DNA from: Mizuhopecten yessoensis
Lineage: Eukaryota
NCBI RefSeq assembly: GCF_002113885.1
Contig: NW_018404512.1
Coordinates: 1,000,242-1,063,870 of the forward strand
DNA length: 63,629 nucleotides
Reading direction: 5' to 3'
Shown in pieces: positions 12,991 through 28,200 of the stretch. Each line of letters opens with the position of its first letter. Position 1 is the stretch's first letter. The notes under the pieces are model-generated. The model did no database searches. It worked only from the letters and a program-made list of their open reading frames with translations, and was not told the DNA's origin. The position numbers and the translations under genes are program-made.

Positions 12991-15900
12991 ATGCAGAACT
13001 AATAATACTATATATGAACTCAAAATTAACAGTAATATATTCTCATAATGATTTGGCGATCTTAATTTCGGCATTTTTAAGATGATTTGATATTACAAAT
13101 ACCACCCTATATTTTACAAGATTTTCTAGGGTAATATGAGGTTTTACGACGTCGGCGATGTAGCAACACTTTCATTTGTCATTAGTAATATATTATAGAA
13201 CAACATATACATTTTTGCTTTTTTGCCCCCCAAATTAAGACAAAAAACAGAAGAAATACATGTGCATATTATGTCTTGAAAGAATTCAGCTTAAAGAATA
13301 TTTCGTTCAGGTAATACCGTCACAATATGGTAACTGATTAACGTCCAGAAATTATGACGTCAGCTTTTTGTCAAATGAAAACGGGGCTGCTAGTGACAAT
13401 TGTTTGCACGCAACAAAGAATGGTATAGTTTAAACAATTGGATATTGAATGTCACGTCGTCTCATAAGCGCTGAAGAAAAACATGAAAACACTTTTGATT
13501 ACATTTTTTTTTATGTTGTAAAATAGATACTGTCAGCATATGTTTGAAGGTAGAAGTTTGTAATTCGGGATTGTAACATGTTGGAAAATTTATTAATTTA
13601 GGCCTACGTGACCTTCGTAATTGCCCTTTTTCAAACATTTCTGATACGTTTTTCATAAATTCTACCATACTCCATAGGAAGGCTGATTATTCCTGACATT
13701 CTGTGCATATAATTTACGTAGATGTTAAAAGAACACTAGATGCACCCGCTAATTATCAGTGAAACATATACCGATATGATTATTGACCAATCATAACAGC
13801 CATTCATCTGTCCATAACTACGAAATCATAAACACCTGTTTAGATCACGTTAAATGGACTCAAATAGTGATTACTGCAATATAATGCGATGTTGTTACAT
13901 GTATTAAATTTCCTCCATTGTGAATGAAACATAGATTCAATCAAAAACATGTATCCTCTATATAGTTATATGTCGTCAAGAATAACTCCTCAATATATCA
14001 ATATGTACTACTCACTTTTGCTAATGATCACTTATATTTTGAAGGGGAAAAACAACGTTAGAAAGGACATTAAGTTTACCTTCCGTACTGTTTTGGGCGA
14101 ATATGATAGCCTTCCAAATCGTCCTGTTTAGGTGTGTTCAGTCAACCATAAAAGCGCGTGCACGCTTTTCCACGTGTACACCCCTTTCAAAAGCAGCACT
14201 AGGCTTAGCAGGCGTTGTTCAAACTGTTAAGGGAATCAATTTGGTGAATATTCTAAGAATAAAATTATTCAATTTGAGTTTTTTCAGTGAATGCCTCGTT
14301 GTTTCCAACTTTAAGTGTAACCCTTTACCTGTGGCTTATTTTCCAACTGTAATTACGATTTTTGGAATTTTGCATGCTGATGAATTAGAAAAATAATCAG
14401 TTTTGCAAAAATAATCAGTATAAACAAAATAAAATATTAATTTTCACATATGCCCAAAAGTATAAGTGATCCTTAACAAAATGTGAGTAGTATATATGTC
14501 AATTAGGACCTGCTGTCTAGGTAGGCGTTTGTTAACCCACCGCTTCTTTTCTACAGATGCAGAGAAAAGTATATTTAGTGTTAGATATAATATAGGTTTG
14601 ACTTTCAAGCAAACAAACAAACGCATTTTTAATTAACTATTCTATTATTTCCCGAAGAAACAGTACGTTTATGTGATCGTTCATTATGTTTGGTACATGT
14701 TTTCCTATACAAATGTTCGTAGATACAAATCTGACTTTTCGCCCATGGGTACGGTGTCCACACACCAATCTGCCATTTTATGACATTATATACCTTATAC
14801 CCCGCCATTTTCCTAGTGCTGTAATCCATCAATGGACGTGTTTACTACTGTTTCATTGTTTCATTGTAATCATCTTTCACGCACACTTCATGTCGTCCCT
14901 TCACCATCAGATGTGAGTTATTATTTGTATTTAATATGTAACTGTAGAGTCATATACTGTTTGGAGATTAGAATATTGTTAAAATGACCAGTGTTTGATT
15001 GATGGTTAAATTCACGAATATGTGTAGTCTGTGATAGTACACTTGTAAGTAATATGACCGAACAGGAATGTTTCCTGGGAGAGCATATACAGCTTAGACC
15101 ATTGATGGGTAAAAACATTAACATGTTACTGTAAGGCCTGGAAAGATAACCATTTTCGCAACTGTATATATTTCAGAATGAGATACTGTGTCGTGATATG
15201 TCTACATATGTGTCATACCTCACATTGATGCTGTAATGTTCCGCCGTTTTCAACAATTGATCTGTGAAGTTATTTTAGAAAAAAAAAATTGAATCACCAT
15301 GCTCAGACGTCAATGCAAAGTTTTATATAGCATATGAAAAGAAACACAAACGTGATTTCTCCTATAAAATTAAGCACTTATAGTTAAAACATGCCGAGAA
15401 ATAAATCATACTCAACCATGCAGCTGTGTTGCACTTCTTTACTATATGATCTATGTTACATTAGACATGACACGACCATATCGATACATTGAAATTTCCA
15501 CTACAATTTCCTCTATGTAAGGCTAAGAACGAAATTGGATCGGCGTCGCTTTGAAGCTTCTTCTCCCGCCTTGGATAACATGATGCCATAGTTAGAAGAA
15601 AACCTTTTGGCTGGTCAAGGAATGTGTTCGCACTGACAACAAGGATAATTCCATGTAAAAATATAAGCGTATTTTGGTCAATAATAACTGAAAATTAAGG
15701 ATGTAAATAAAAGGATTTCACGGCTGCATGAAATATGTATGTAACCGATTACCGTTCATACCAGCATGAACATTGAAACAAAAGAATCGCCGTTCAATGC
15801 TTACATTAGAAAACAACATTTTCTGCTCACAATTTACACTAGTTGTTGAGATCTTGTAATGAGAAGTTTAATAAAATTATGAAATTTCAAATGACTAGTA

Positions 15901-16102
15901 CCCAATAGTTATTTATCATCTATTGGTCGAATTGCAGTGTTGATAACTAGTCAATCAATCTTATGTAATTTGTTCATTCAAGGTATTAAAAGTATGGACT
16001 TGGTTAGGCTTTATGGTTAATTTTTAAGTTATCACATTATTAAATGTCTTGTAAAATATTTTAACTCTTAATTGATACAAGTTCAAAATAGAACATACAT
16101 AT

Positions 16103-16553
16103 TTTAGACATTGTACGAAACACAGTCCTGCAGGTCGGGGATTTAGACATTGTACTGAACACAGTCCTGCAGGTCAGTGATATTTTGACATTGTACAAAC
16201 GGTAATTTAGACATTGTACAAAACACAGTCCTGCAGGTCGGGGATTTAGACATTGTACAAAACGATGATTTAGACATTGTACAAAACACAGTCCTGCAGG
16301 TCGGTGATTTAGACATTATATGAAACACAGTCCTGCAGGTCGGTGATTTAGACATTGTACAAAACACAGTTCTGCAGGTCGGTGATTTAGACATTGTACA
16401 AAACGATGATTTATACTTTGAACGAAACACAGTCCTGCAGGTCGGGGATTTAGACATTGTACAAAACGATGATTTAGACATTGTACAAAACACAGTCCTA
16501 CAGGTCGGTGATTTAGACATTGTATAAAACTGAGTACTGCAGGTCGGGGATTT
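16103..16553. repeat. Minisatellite of interleaved 39-bp and 24-bp units
   Basis: ttagacattgtacaaaacacagtcctgcaggtcggtgat (39) and the internally deleted ttagacattgtacaaaacgatgat (24). ORF 16143..16727 is its translation. Confidence 0.92.
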
Positions 16554-16779
16554 AGGAAGGAATACACCTGCTATTACTCTGTACGATTTGTACAAGGTGA
16601 CTAATGTGGAAACCTCATGTAGAGTTTGGGATTTGCTTTTGTGGACACAGTCACAAAAGCGAAAATAAATCTTCTGCATAGTTTCTTTGCGCAGAACGAG
16701 ACAAACCAAAGTCGTTAGAATTTGCACGTGTTTCTTTTTGCTTGACGTTTATTTCTATATTGGTTGCAGTCACCCGCTA

Positions 16780-16995
16780 AGGATATATTTACCCATTGTC
16801 TGTATAATGTGACCGGGTGGATTACTTAACTAGGTGCTTTTGGCATGCTACACGTATTTCAGCAATTTCTTAAGTCAGTATAAATCCGCTGCCGAATGCA
16901 CCAACAAATCGACTCCACCACACACACATACATTCAACACGTTCAGGACCGTTTTTAAATGACATTAGTTGTTCATAGAAGGCTAAATCCAATTA
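16780..16995 (+). mobile_element. Degenerate SINE fragment with MESC-like core
   Basis: gtataatgtgaccgggtgg...ggtgcttttggcatg resembles the molluscan MESC SINE core as recalled. Confidence 0.45.
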
Positions 16996-17819
16996 ATCAA
17001 AGATTATTACTCATTTACATTTTAACCGGCTTAAAAAGGAGCTTAAGTAGTGAAGGAATGAGCATTACTCTGCGAACGTTTCTAGTTTTGAAAACGGGAT
17101 AATTTATCATGCGAATTAATGATAATGTCACACAACCAATGATAGACAAGTTTGTGGGGGGTTTTTGCAGGAAGGAACGCAACTGCCTAAATGCAGCCTG
17201 TAACAATTGTTACAACTACAAATATTAAAATAAGACTTAATCACACCAAAACGTAAACTGTAAATCATATAGCCGACTATTGGATAAAAATGACATTGTG
17301 TTTATATAAAGATAGCAGAACAAAAATTGGTATTTAATACCTTTATTTAACAATTAGTATAGTCAGTATATGTGGTACAGGTCAACAGGTCAATATAACA
17401 CCGACCAATCAGTAAACGAAAGATGACCTATCCGATCACCTTAATAGAGTCACTGTAAACGTAAGCTCTCTAATATTCCGCCCACTAGAAATACTTTGCA
17501 AGCTAAAACTATTATGGTTTAGCGTGAAAGCTACATATATCATTTATTAATAAATGAGTTAGCATCACAGTGTATGGATTCGGTGATCCAGCGCCACTGA
17601 TGCCACGTAGTACATAAACATCGATGGGCATGTATCAATATAGTGATTCCATGACACATCAACATATCGTAAATATGATGCAGTGATGAAGTGCAATACC
17701 TGCACATTGCATGTATGATTATTGCATGTTTGAATACAGCTATTCAACGCTAAAACTTCATATGGCGCGAGCTATTGCAATACTTCTGTGTCACAGCTTC
17801 TATATGAATGCATGGATAC

Positions 17820-19060
17820 AGTGGTTTAGTGCTAGAGCTATATGCTACACGAATTAATACGATAATACATGCAGAGCTACATACAACATGTACAAATGTA
17901 GTGATGTTGCACAAACGTTACCTCTTATATGAATACAATGATTCAGCGCTACAGCTGTAACATACAAGTATAAATATAGTGATTTAGCACTAAAGCTACA
18001 AGTTACTTGTACAAATTAAGTGAGTTAAAAATAAATCTACTTGTATATATACAGTGATTTAGCATTACAGCTTCTAGATACACTACAGTTACTAGGTACT
18101 TAGTTAAATACAATGATTAAGCACTACAGCTACTAGCTACGCTGTACTTAAAAAAAGCAGAGATTTAAAACTACAGTTACTAATTACTTGTATATATACA
18201 ATAATATAATATAAAAGCTACTAGCTACTTGCAAATTACAGTGATTTAGCACTAACGCCACTAGTACTTGTATAAATACAGTAATTTATTACTATAGCTA
18301 CAAGCTACTTGTACAAATTCATTGAGTTAACAATAAATCTACATGTATATATACAGTGATTTCGCATTACAGCTTCTAGATACACTGCAGTAACTCGTTA
18401 CTTACAAAATGTAGTTAAATACAATGATTAAGCACTACAGCTACTAGCTACGCTGTACTTAAAAAGTTACTAATTACATGTATATATACAATGATATAAT
18501 ATAAAAGCTACTAGCTACTTGCAAAATACAATGATTTAACACTAACGCCACTAGTACTTGTATACATACAGTAATTTATTACTATAGCTACAAGCTACTT
18601 GTACAAATTCAGTGAGTTAAAAATAAATCTACTTGTATATATACAGTGATTTAGCATTACAGCTTCTAGATACACTGCAGTAACTAGTTACTTAGTTAAA
18701 TACAATGATTAAGCACTACAGCTACTAGCTTCGCTGTACTTCAAAAAAGCAGAGATTTAAAACTACAGTTACTAATTACTTGTATATATACAATGATATA
18801 ATATAAAAGCTACTAGCTACTTACAAAATACAGTAATTTAGCACTAACGCCACTAGTACTTGTATACATACAGTAATGTATTACTATAGCTACAAGCTAC
18901 TTGTATACATACAGTAATTTAGCACTTCAGCTACTAGTTACATGTATTAATACATTGATTTAGCACTATATCTACTAGGTCCTTGTACAAATTTAGTGAT
19001 TAAGCACTACAGCTTCTAGCCACATTGTACTTGCACAAATGCAGTGATATAGCGCCAAAT
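17820..19060. repeat. About 38-bp satellite with an approximately 300-bp higher-order repeat
   Basis: Monomer like tacagtgatttagcactacagctactagctacttgta. The diagnostic block acaag(c/t)tacttgta recurs at about 17999, 18300, 18590 and 18891. Confidence 0.85.
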
Positions 19061-19786
19061 GTATAAACCGCATGAATGAATACGGCGATTTCGCGCCACA
19101 GCTGATTATTACAAATATGAATAATGGGATGATGCGTTTTGGCTTCATATATATATATATATTCCATGTATATGTGTACAGTTATATAAGTGTTGTTAAA
19201 CATAAGAGCTATGGAATTCTCACAAAAACGTAAAATTGTCTTAAAAAGTATTATACATATATTTAATAAGGGAATTAGATGTACAACAACTCATCGACAC
19301 ATTTCATAGAAAGCTGTACAATTTAATATGCTTAAAAATAATTGTCACACTGAACGAAATGTGGTCAATACGTTCGTTCCCAGGCAATGGTGAATAGGTC
19401 AGGGTAGATATCAAATACCCATCAAATATGTCTCTCAATAGAAAGTACAACAATGATTTATAATGACAAACAATTTTCAATTAGATAAACATTTCAATTG
19501 GTACATATTTCTCGTTCTCCCTAATTAAGAAAAAGGTAAAATATATTAATCTGCTTTCGAACTTCCATTAAAACAAAGGAATGCAAAACTCGACGTGGGT
19601 GTTATACAATACATCAGATTCATGCTGAAGTAAATCTCTATCGGCTGCTTCTCTCATTTAGGAACAGAACTCACAAATGCTTGATTTTGTAAACAAAGCT
19701 AGGAACACTGTACTCGGTCAGTGCAAGCATCACGTGGAATTGTCTTATGTTGGCTTTAAATGATAGATATGTAATGGCACTGATAA

Positions 19787-19923
19787 CTAAAAGTTTACAC
19801 ATTCAAGGTGTGACGAAACGAAAAAGGGACAACAGGCAGTCCGGTATTCCTGAGCACGTACTCTGCACGTGTTGCTAATTTGGGTGAAGACCTGCAGTGG
19901 ATCAATGGTAGTTGGCCTTATAT
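19787..19923 (-). CDS. Exon 3 (terminal) of the predicted secreted Cys-rich protein (module 2)
   Basis: tttattgtattgtag|AT, phase 1: (N)IRPTTIDPLQVFTQISNTCRVRAQEYRTACCPFFVSSHLECVNF*. Cys spacing is identical to exon 2. Confidence 0.85.
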
Positions 19924-20310
19924 CTACAATACAATAAACAGCACATACATATATTACCTCCGACAAAGTGTACTATAATGCGTATATCAATTTAACAATT
20001 AGTAACTTTGCATTTTACATGTTATTACCGAACGAAAACAGCTCAACTTTCATGTGTTTTTTTAACGTAAAACTTTAGAGCAACTGCTCCAACCGGCCAG
20101 AAAAAAGGGAAACACGGGTGATCATGTTTTCATAATATTTCGAGCACTTTGAAATATAAATGTCGATCGGCTTAGTGAAAATGACAAGACCATACATTTT
20201 GTTATCAATTATTTGTTTTATACTTTTCTTACCTAACTTAACACATGCAGTTTCGTATCCGTTTTATTTCCTGTTCCACACACCCTTCAATTTCACTATA
20301 CTTTACGATA

Positions 20311-20397
20311 TCCATATCCTTCCCTGTATCAACGTTTGACCCGTGTCAGCGGTTTGGCTGATATGGGGTCTAGGGTTGGTACGGGGAAGGATATGGA
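20311..20397. repeat. Short inverted repeat (23-bp arms) in intron 2 of the Cys-rich gene
   Basis: tccatatccttccctgtatcaac ... gttggtacggggaaggatatgga. Confidence 0.7.
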
Positions 20398-21087
20398 AAC
20401 GGTCAAATTGTAACCTTTAAGTTTCCAAGCAAGCACGTATAACTGTAAATTATTTGATTTTCTCAAACTGTGCCTTCTTGATTGATTAACGAATATTTAT
20501 ATTCAAGGTTAACTTTTAATTGATTTAATTTCAATTTTTAATTAATTAATTTACAATTCAACAGACCCAAGGGTCCACTTACAGAATGGATAACAACATT
20601 ACAACAAAAGTATAAACTATCAGTCAGTTATGCATGTAACACAGACTAAAATATACTCATATGTAAAACAAAAGGAATTAGTGATAGCAAATAATCTTTA
20701 AAATTAAAATTACATTGAATCCTGTTTAAAATACTATACTTTCTTACGTTTATTTACTTCTCTGGCAGTAAAACTGGTTGAAACGAATTGATCATAGATT
20801 ACGACCAGAAACTAAAATAGTTTTTTATTTTTTTATTTTGAAGCTGATTATAATTGATGTATGGATCTAATACTCGTGAAAGCTCTTCATTCGCAAGTGA
20901 ATGTTCTCAAGAATAAAGTGATTTTACAAAATCACCCGTTTGCAATAATATGGTAATAAAACATACATTTTAGGTTACTTATAACTTATAGAATACTTTG
21001 CATACTGTATTTATATCACAACAAATTATATCGATAACAGTAACATGACTAACATGCTTTGCCAGATATTTTAAGATGTCCACTTAC

Positions 21088-21282
21088 TGTCGCTAAGCGA
21101 TAACACTGCACGGCATACGGTTTTAATATCTTCGCTCACACTGGATGGCTGGCCGGTACATTGCAGTTGGGGGTACTCGAACAAAGGACAACACTCGTTT
21201 AGGTACTGCAGGGAGCGACGTTCACAATCCTGGGGCAGTGCATTGAAGGGATCGCCCACTAGCATTCTCGAGGTCAGACTAT
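21088..21282 (-). CDS. Exon 2 of the predicted secreted Cys-rich protein (module 1: C-x10-CC-x9-C)
   Basis: ttaatttgcag|AT...GACA|gtaagt, 195 nt, phase 1-1, only one open frame: (D)SLTSRMLVGDPFNALPQDCERRSLQYLNECCPLFEYPQLQCTGQPSSVSEDIKTVCRAVLSLSD. Confidence 0.85.
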
Positions 21283-21599
21283 CTGCAAATTAATCAAAAC
21301 ATTCCTGTTATAGAGACGTCATACCAGTCCGGTAACGTCCGCGCTTGATCCCTGCTACGTAACATAATACTTTAAAATATACGGTTTTTCCTATCAAGTA
21401 TTGACATTTTGAGGTTGTATCTCGGGATTTCAAGTAAATAAGTCAGAATTGCAAGATAATATGAAATTATTAATTCAAAATGTCGAGTAAACAACACGAA
21501 GAAAATGAAATCTATCTATTTTTTACCTGGCCCTAATGCTCATAGGTAAGTATTTGTATATTTATATAAAAAAAGACTAACATTAATATCAGATACGCC

Positions 21600-23080
21600 C
21601 ACAGTGTCTTATGTGAAGACTTCCTCTGCTGTTAAATTTTCCACTTTTAATTCTGAATATTTTGATATTCTTAAAGGTCTTAAACAAGGTGATAGTCTGA
21701 GTTATATAAAATTACCCTGTATTCCTTATTGAATCGGAAATAGGCTGTATGGTGTTTGCTGATGGCTTACGTATACTATCGGAAACAGCCAAAGGTCTGC
21801 AAGCTTCACTAGATAAACTATATGAATATTGTAACTGGAAACTTTCAATAAATATAAATAAAACAAAAGCAATGATTTTCCAGTGAGTTAACAGGATAAA
21901 TACTAACTATAGTTTAAGTTTGGAAACAATAAGGTCAACACCACTCAGGAATACAAAGTCTTTCCTTATATTATTAGCCCTACAGGCAAGGCTTGACAGT
22001 ATTATTTTTTGCAATTAAGAAATATTCTGAAAAGATTGCTAATTTCCCAATTGCTGCACAATGTAGACTTTTCTCTGCCCATGTCAAACCAATTTGAACC
22101 TACAATGCTGAAATTTGTTACGTGGATATGTATCAAAAACAATTAAATGCTAAAATGAGAGCACAAAAAATTTACCAAAACTTTGATAACTTTTCAATCA
22201 TTGACAAGTTACCCATGGAACAAATTCATCTTACATTCTGTAAGCAGTCCCTAGAGTTACCTAAGAGGGCAGTTAATATTGGGTCAAAGGCCGGGTTAGG
22301 ACAGTATCTTATGGAAATCCTAATTAATGTTCAAGCATGTAATTATCTTAGCAGAATTTTACAAAAAAACAATATAAATCCCTTGGTTACAAAATCCTTT
22401 ACACTCAATAGAATAATAGATGAGAGTGGTGTTTATTCATGGTATAGTTACACCAAAGTGGTGGTGGAGACAAATGGGCTTCATGACTTAATGAATACTC
22501 AGAACCTTATCTGCAAAACAAAATTGAAACAAAGAATTAAAACTAGCATTTTTAAAGAATTTGAACCTAACCTTTTCAGGAAACTACAAGCGATGACACA
22601 TACAAATAAAGTATTGCATAAAGATGTTCAGAAAAAATATACACAAGAAAAATACCTATATATCACTAATAAAAACTTAAGAATGTTGTATACAAAATTC
22701 AGATTATGTGAGCATAACATTGAACTTGAAATAGGAAGATCAAGAGAATGTAAAAAATGTCTTGTTCTAGAAGATTAAGAAAACTTTTTCTTCAGGTGTG
22801 GCTATAGTGCACAGCTGAGAAAGGACTATTTAAGTAAATAATTCAAAACTATTCTATACTAGACACAAATACTTTAACACATATTTTATCGTCTGACAAT
22901 ATGCAACTTATACGAGACTCGTGCTTATATATAACAAGTCACTTGAACTGAGGAGTGTGGGTCTGGCTTCTGTGTAAGTTTATATATTGTTCACTATTGC
23001 AGTCTCTTTGTATATTTGTTGTTTCGTTATTTGCCTTTAAATTACTCTGTAACTATAAATGAGCAATAACATTATTGATT
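21600..23080 (+). mobile_element. Decayed LINE 3' half (RT and C-terminus; RTE-X-like, clade tentative)
   Basis: KGLKQGDSLS; VFADG..ILSETAKGLQASLDKLYEYC; KTKAMIF; EQIHLTFCK...GLG; EKYL...TKFRLCEHNIELEIGR..C..C. Confidence 0.8.
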
Positions 23081-23211
23081 GTTTATTTTCTAACGTATTA
23101 CGTTCAAAAGTTCAAGTTCAAAGTGTTTTGTTTTCGTGTCAAACAAATAATATGCATAAAATTACACTACATATCAACATTTTAGCATAAATGTGTTCAG
23201 CCAAAATGACT

Positions 23212-23598
23212 TATTCGACACGTTAAGAGAACAGTCACACTGTTTCTTAGACACGTTAAGAGAACAATCACACTGTTTATTAGCCACGTTAAGAGAACAC
23301 TCACACTGTTTATTAGACACGATAAGAGAACAATCACACTGTTTATAAAACACGTTAAGAGAACAATCACCCTGTTTATTAGACACGTTAAGAGAACCAT
23401 CACACTGTTTATTTGACACGTTAAGAGAACAATCACACTGTATATTAGACACGTTAAGAGAACCATCACACTGTTTATTTGACACGTTAAGAGAACAATC
23501 ACACCGTTTATTAGACCCGTTAAGAGAACAATCACACTGTTTATAAGACACGTTAAGAGAACAATCACACTGTTTATTAAATATTTAAAAACAATCAC
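23212..23598. repeat. 33-bp tandem minisatellite (about 11.5 copies)
   Basis: Unit cgttaagagaacaatcacactgtttattagaca. ORFs 23174..23551 and 23197..23598 are its 11-aa translations. Confidence 0.95.
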
Positions 23599-25249
23599 AA
23601 TTCAATTTACTAAGTTCGGGCATGTAATGTCATTAATCAGTATTTATAAAAGACTGAAAACAATTATGCTCGTGATAAAAGTGCATATTACACATGCATA
23701 TAGTGTGATGAATTTGAGAATGTGCTTGTACTGGGTGGGTCGTACGATCACCTGTTGTTTGTTTTCATCAGAATATATAGGAATTTAAGTATTAATTTAA
23801 ACAAAACGTGCGTAAATCACAATTCGGTAGTGGTACAGATGGATAAAGTAAAGAATATTCTTCGTGTAAATATCATCAGATAGTCATTTAACGGTAATCC
23901 AGAATATATGAGATTTTTTATAGTTTAGATGAAGTGCATCACTACCCGTGATCGCCGCACTCTTGTATTTATGTCGTAGCGAAGCGGGCACATTACAAAT
24001 AATTAAATCGTTGATAAGTGTTCTAGATCAATGCTTATCATAATTTATAGTCAAATTGGCATATATCACCTCTATTTTTCTAAAGTCATACATTTAAGTA
24101 GTACTCACAACTTTTTACGGCTGTTTTAAATACATTTTTCACTTTGCGCAATTATACTGCTCCCACGGATGTACTGTTGATAATGAAATTTCGTCCGGTT
24201 TCATTGTATTAACTAATTACGGCCAAGAAACGAGTTTTGAGAATTTGAACAAGTCAATGTGACTTTATTTAGCTATTCTGCATTATAAAGCAGTTACGAC
24301 GATAAGTTGTTGAATTATTTGTACATTTGTCCTTTTCGGCACTATGTTGTCGTTCTTGCGACGGAACACTATTTTTGTAAGTAAAACGGTTGTTTTACTT
24401 AGTAACGCCGCCATCTTGCCCCCACAATTCCTTAAATGGAAATGTGGAAGCACTCAATTGTATAAAAGGCGGTGCAAACTTGTGCAACGACATAGACAAC
24501 AGACATGAGTGTCGAACACTTATAACCGGAACGACCGACGAGTTTTGTTTTAATATATATGTATTGTCGGATAAACATGTATTGTCTTTTCAACATCATT
24601 TGTGACAACGTTTGCTACTCCTAACGAAGAGAAATACAATTATTTTAACACTGCTGTTTGCAATGTATATGTAACACGACCTACGTTAAATATATCATTT
24701 CAATAGCTGTCATAGTAAATTATGTTACAAATACTTATCATAATCACTTTCCTCTTCGATACGCCTTAATTAACATATCGGTACTGTGTTTTGAAAAGAG
24801 TAAGATGGTTAAGACAAGCATGTTTAAGGATCAAATGGTAGTCTCCTGTGATGTCGGTGGTTAAGAGTCATAAATGTTATTGTAATATTGGCTTTTAACT
24901 CCCGGTGGCGGAACAGAATGGACGTGAAATCGCCAGCTCCAAGTAACGGAATGTGATGTGATTGATATTGACTCGCCATGGTTTGCTTGACTCATCCTAC
25001 ACGATATCTTTAATCTTCGGATAATTTTGAACATCTTTAGACATATGAACCAGCTACTTATACGGGTAATCACCACATACTCGTTTATAAATATGTACCC
25101 TATACACGACTTGTGGTCACTTTTTGAGCCGCCATGTATCGCTAATACAAACTGTGTATATACGTGTCTTCCCACATTATTCTTCATATACTGTGCTATA
25201 TTCATCATGCATTCGGCTATTAAGAATAGTATAAGCACTATTAATGCAA

Positions 25250-28200
25250 TCACCGACCCTGATGTTAATGGTGAAGTTGTTTCTCAATTTTTGAGGACTG
25301 ACCCTTTCAAGGACACATTGATTTCTAAACTTGTGATCCCTGACATACAGAACCAACTAGCTGATCTCCATAAGAGACAGGACGATCTAGACAAATATTC
25401 CCGGAGAAACTGTCTTAAGTTCCTAGGTAGAACACGAAAACACTGATACTCTAATTAGTGAAGCATGTAACTATGTTCTTGGTGTGACGGTAACGGAGAG
25501 TGATATAAGCCGATCCCACAGAGTGGGACCCAAGTCTGGACAATTCCCTCGTGACTTCATTGTCCGATTTATCTCGTACCATGTACGTGCCACCGTGTAC
25601 GCTGCCAGATTCATATTTTTTTGCCAAAGATTTTAACAAGGGTAATAGATCCTCCCCCTCCAATCAACTGTCATACAAGTTTTTTTGTAAAAGAGGTACT
25701 AACGAAGCAGAGAACGATAGTATTTTCCAAAGCCCGTTATCTAAAATTAACAGGAGCCATATCTGAAACATGGACTAATGACGGGAGAATCGTCATCTGG
25801 CATATTAGTGGGGGTCATGGCCCAAGTCACCCACCTCAGCGAGTTAGATTCCTACCCCGACCCCCCTGAACAAGAACACAACCCCGTATTAGAACTTTAG
25901 CCTCTCACCACGGTCAACGTACACGTTCCAACAAACGCAAACATGAGCCTGATACTACAGCCTCATTCACTCCAGCCAACCGATTTGACTCTCTTTCCAA
26001 AAATACAATGAGGTACAATTGTGCACAAAACTAAGTTAATGCAGTTGTCTAAATGTTCGTGGAAATGACAAATTGTATCACATCCATTGCTTATAGTATT
26101 CTGTTGCGCCGCTATAAATAGCACACAGAAAAATCATGCTCCCCTGTCAAATGTGCACTGGATGATCCCATTGACTACACACTGAAGTCAATGGAGAGCA
26201 GTGATATGGTTTGTCATTTTTACATAATATTAGACAAAAGAATTGATATTTTTTGTGAACAAATCTACTTCATTGTGTTATATATTGGATTTAGTTGAAA
26301 GAATAACGCCTCTGTATTTTTATTTCACTTCATTCCCCATCTGAGTAATTCAATTGTTACTGCAAAAAGGAAACTGTTACCCAAATGTAGGATTATTACC
26401 CATATGCGCCTTTGTGCCCAACCTATTTAATCCAATTCCTCATAGAAAAGATAGAACTACTGGTCCGGGTGTTATAGTTTATCATAAAAATACTGTTATA
26501 ATTAAACAGAAGGCTGGACTTGGAAAGGGATGATGTTGAGTTACTCTGTTTTGGGTTTAAATAAATAAACATAAATTTCTCCTCGGGTGTATATATAGAC
26601 CAGATAGTAATATTAAATATTGGGATAAACTTGATGATACATTAAATAGAGCTTCTGATACTTCATTGGATGTTATACTTACATGTGATATTTATATTGA
26701 TATGCTAAATATACCACTTAATGATCATTTATCAAGACTCGTTATATAGTACAACTTAATAAGTCTTATTAATGAACCTACAATAATAACATCTGATAGT
26801 GGCACGATGTCATATTTACTAACAACCTAAACTTAATTAAAAATACTTATGTATCACAACCATTCTGTAGTGACCATTCATCAATTCATGCCCAAATCTC
26901 TATTACTGTATTCAAACAAGTGAATTATAAGAAAACAATTTTGAAATATGATGAAGCTGATTTTGTAAGTATGAAAAATGCTCTTCTTAATATTGATTGT
27001 TTGAATTTGCCATTCAATCTGGACTCTGATGCATTTAACTCATTTATAATTAATTCAATCCTATCAAAGTTATTACTGTACGCCCAAATGATAAGCCATG
27101 GATGAATAACATTATTAGACTGAAAATCAGACAACGTAATAGAATTCACAGGAAGGCCAAAGTAACAAATAATCCGTACTACTGGGAAATATTTCGTATA
27201 CTCAGGAAAACATGGTCTCCCCAGACAAATGGTGGAGGATTGCAAAATCTATTACTAATTTCTCCAACAAATCATCTTCTATTCCTCCTCTTGAACATAA
27301 TGACCAATACATTCACTATCATCTTGAAAAAGTAGAAATCCTTAACAATCACTTTACTAATATCTCTTCGTCATCCCCTGACCTTGAATTACGTCAGACA
27401 GCACAGACCTTTACGTCATACTCACCAACTAACATTCATATCACTGAACAAGATATATCTGACTTAATTTATATTCTTAATGTAAATAAACCTCCTGGCC
27501 CTGATGATGTAATCCCTAAAGTTGTAAAACATTGAGTAACTCTCTTGCATTACCCCTCTGTCTTTTTCTCTAATAAAACACTTGAATCAGGAATATTATC
27601 AAAAAGTTGGAAACAAGCACATCCAGATGCTATATATAAAGGAAACGGTTCATCAAATGATGTTTTAAATTATAGATCAATCTCAATAACCTCATGTTTT
27701 AGTAAAATAATGGAAAAAAATGTATCGTTACAACTATCTAATTGAAAATTCTATCTTAACTAAGCACCAGTCTGGCTGTATACCGGGTGAATCTACTATC
27801 AATCAACTACTGGTTATTGATAATGAAATTGTTAGTAATATGGACCATGGGAAGGAGCTCAGATTTCTTTTTTGTGATATTAGCATAGCTTTTGACAGGA
27901 TGTGGCATAAATAAACATAAACTCAAAACATATTGAACTGATGGAAATGTGCTTTTATGGTTTGAAAATTATCTCTCTGATAGATTGCAAAGAGTCACCA
28001 CTGAAGGTTATCACTAACAGTTTAAGGTTATAAATGCAGGGTACCTCAGGGATCTGTTCTGGGACATTTACTTTTTCTCCTTTATATCAATAACATCACT
28101 GACAATGTTTCAACTATTATTAAGCTTTTTGCAGATGGCACCTCCTTACATGTAATTGTAGATGAAAACCCAGCACATGCAGCACAAGTTCTAACAAATG

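Noticed and set aside
15459-15687. Minus-strand open frame after a ttttcag acceptor as a further exon of the Cys-rich gene
   Set aside because: Exon 3 already ends in TAG and this peptide has no similarity to the module; unsupported without transcripts.
16143-16727. 194-aa Cys/Ser/Thr repeat ORF
   Set aside because: Unit lengths of 39 and 24 bp keep the frame open by arithmetic; no gene structure.
23174-23598. Cys-rich repeat ORF (SNKQCDCSLNV)n resembling an antifreeze or metal-binding protein
   Set aside because: It is the translation of a 33-bp minisatellite open in several frames, with no signal peptide or splice support, inside an intron.
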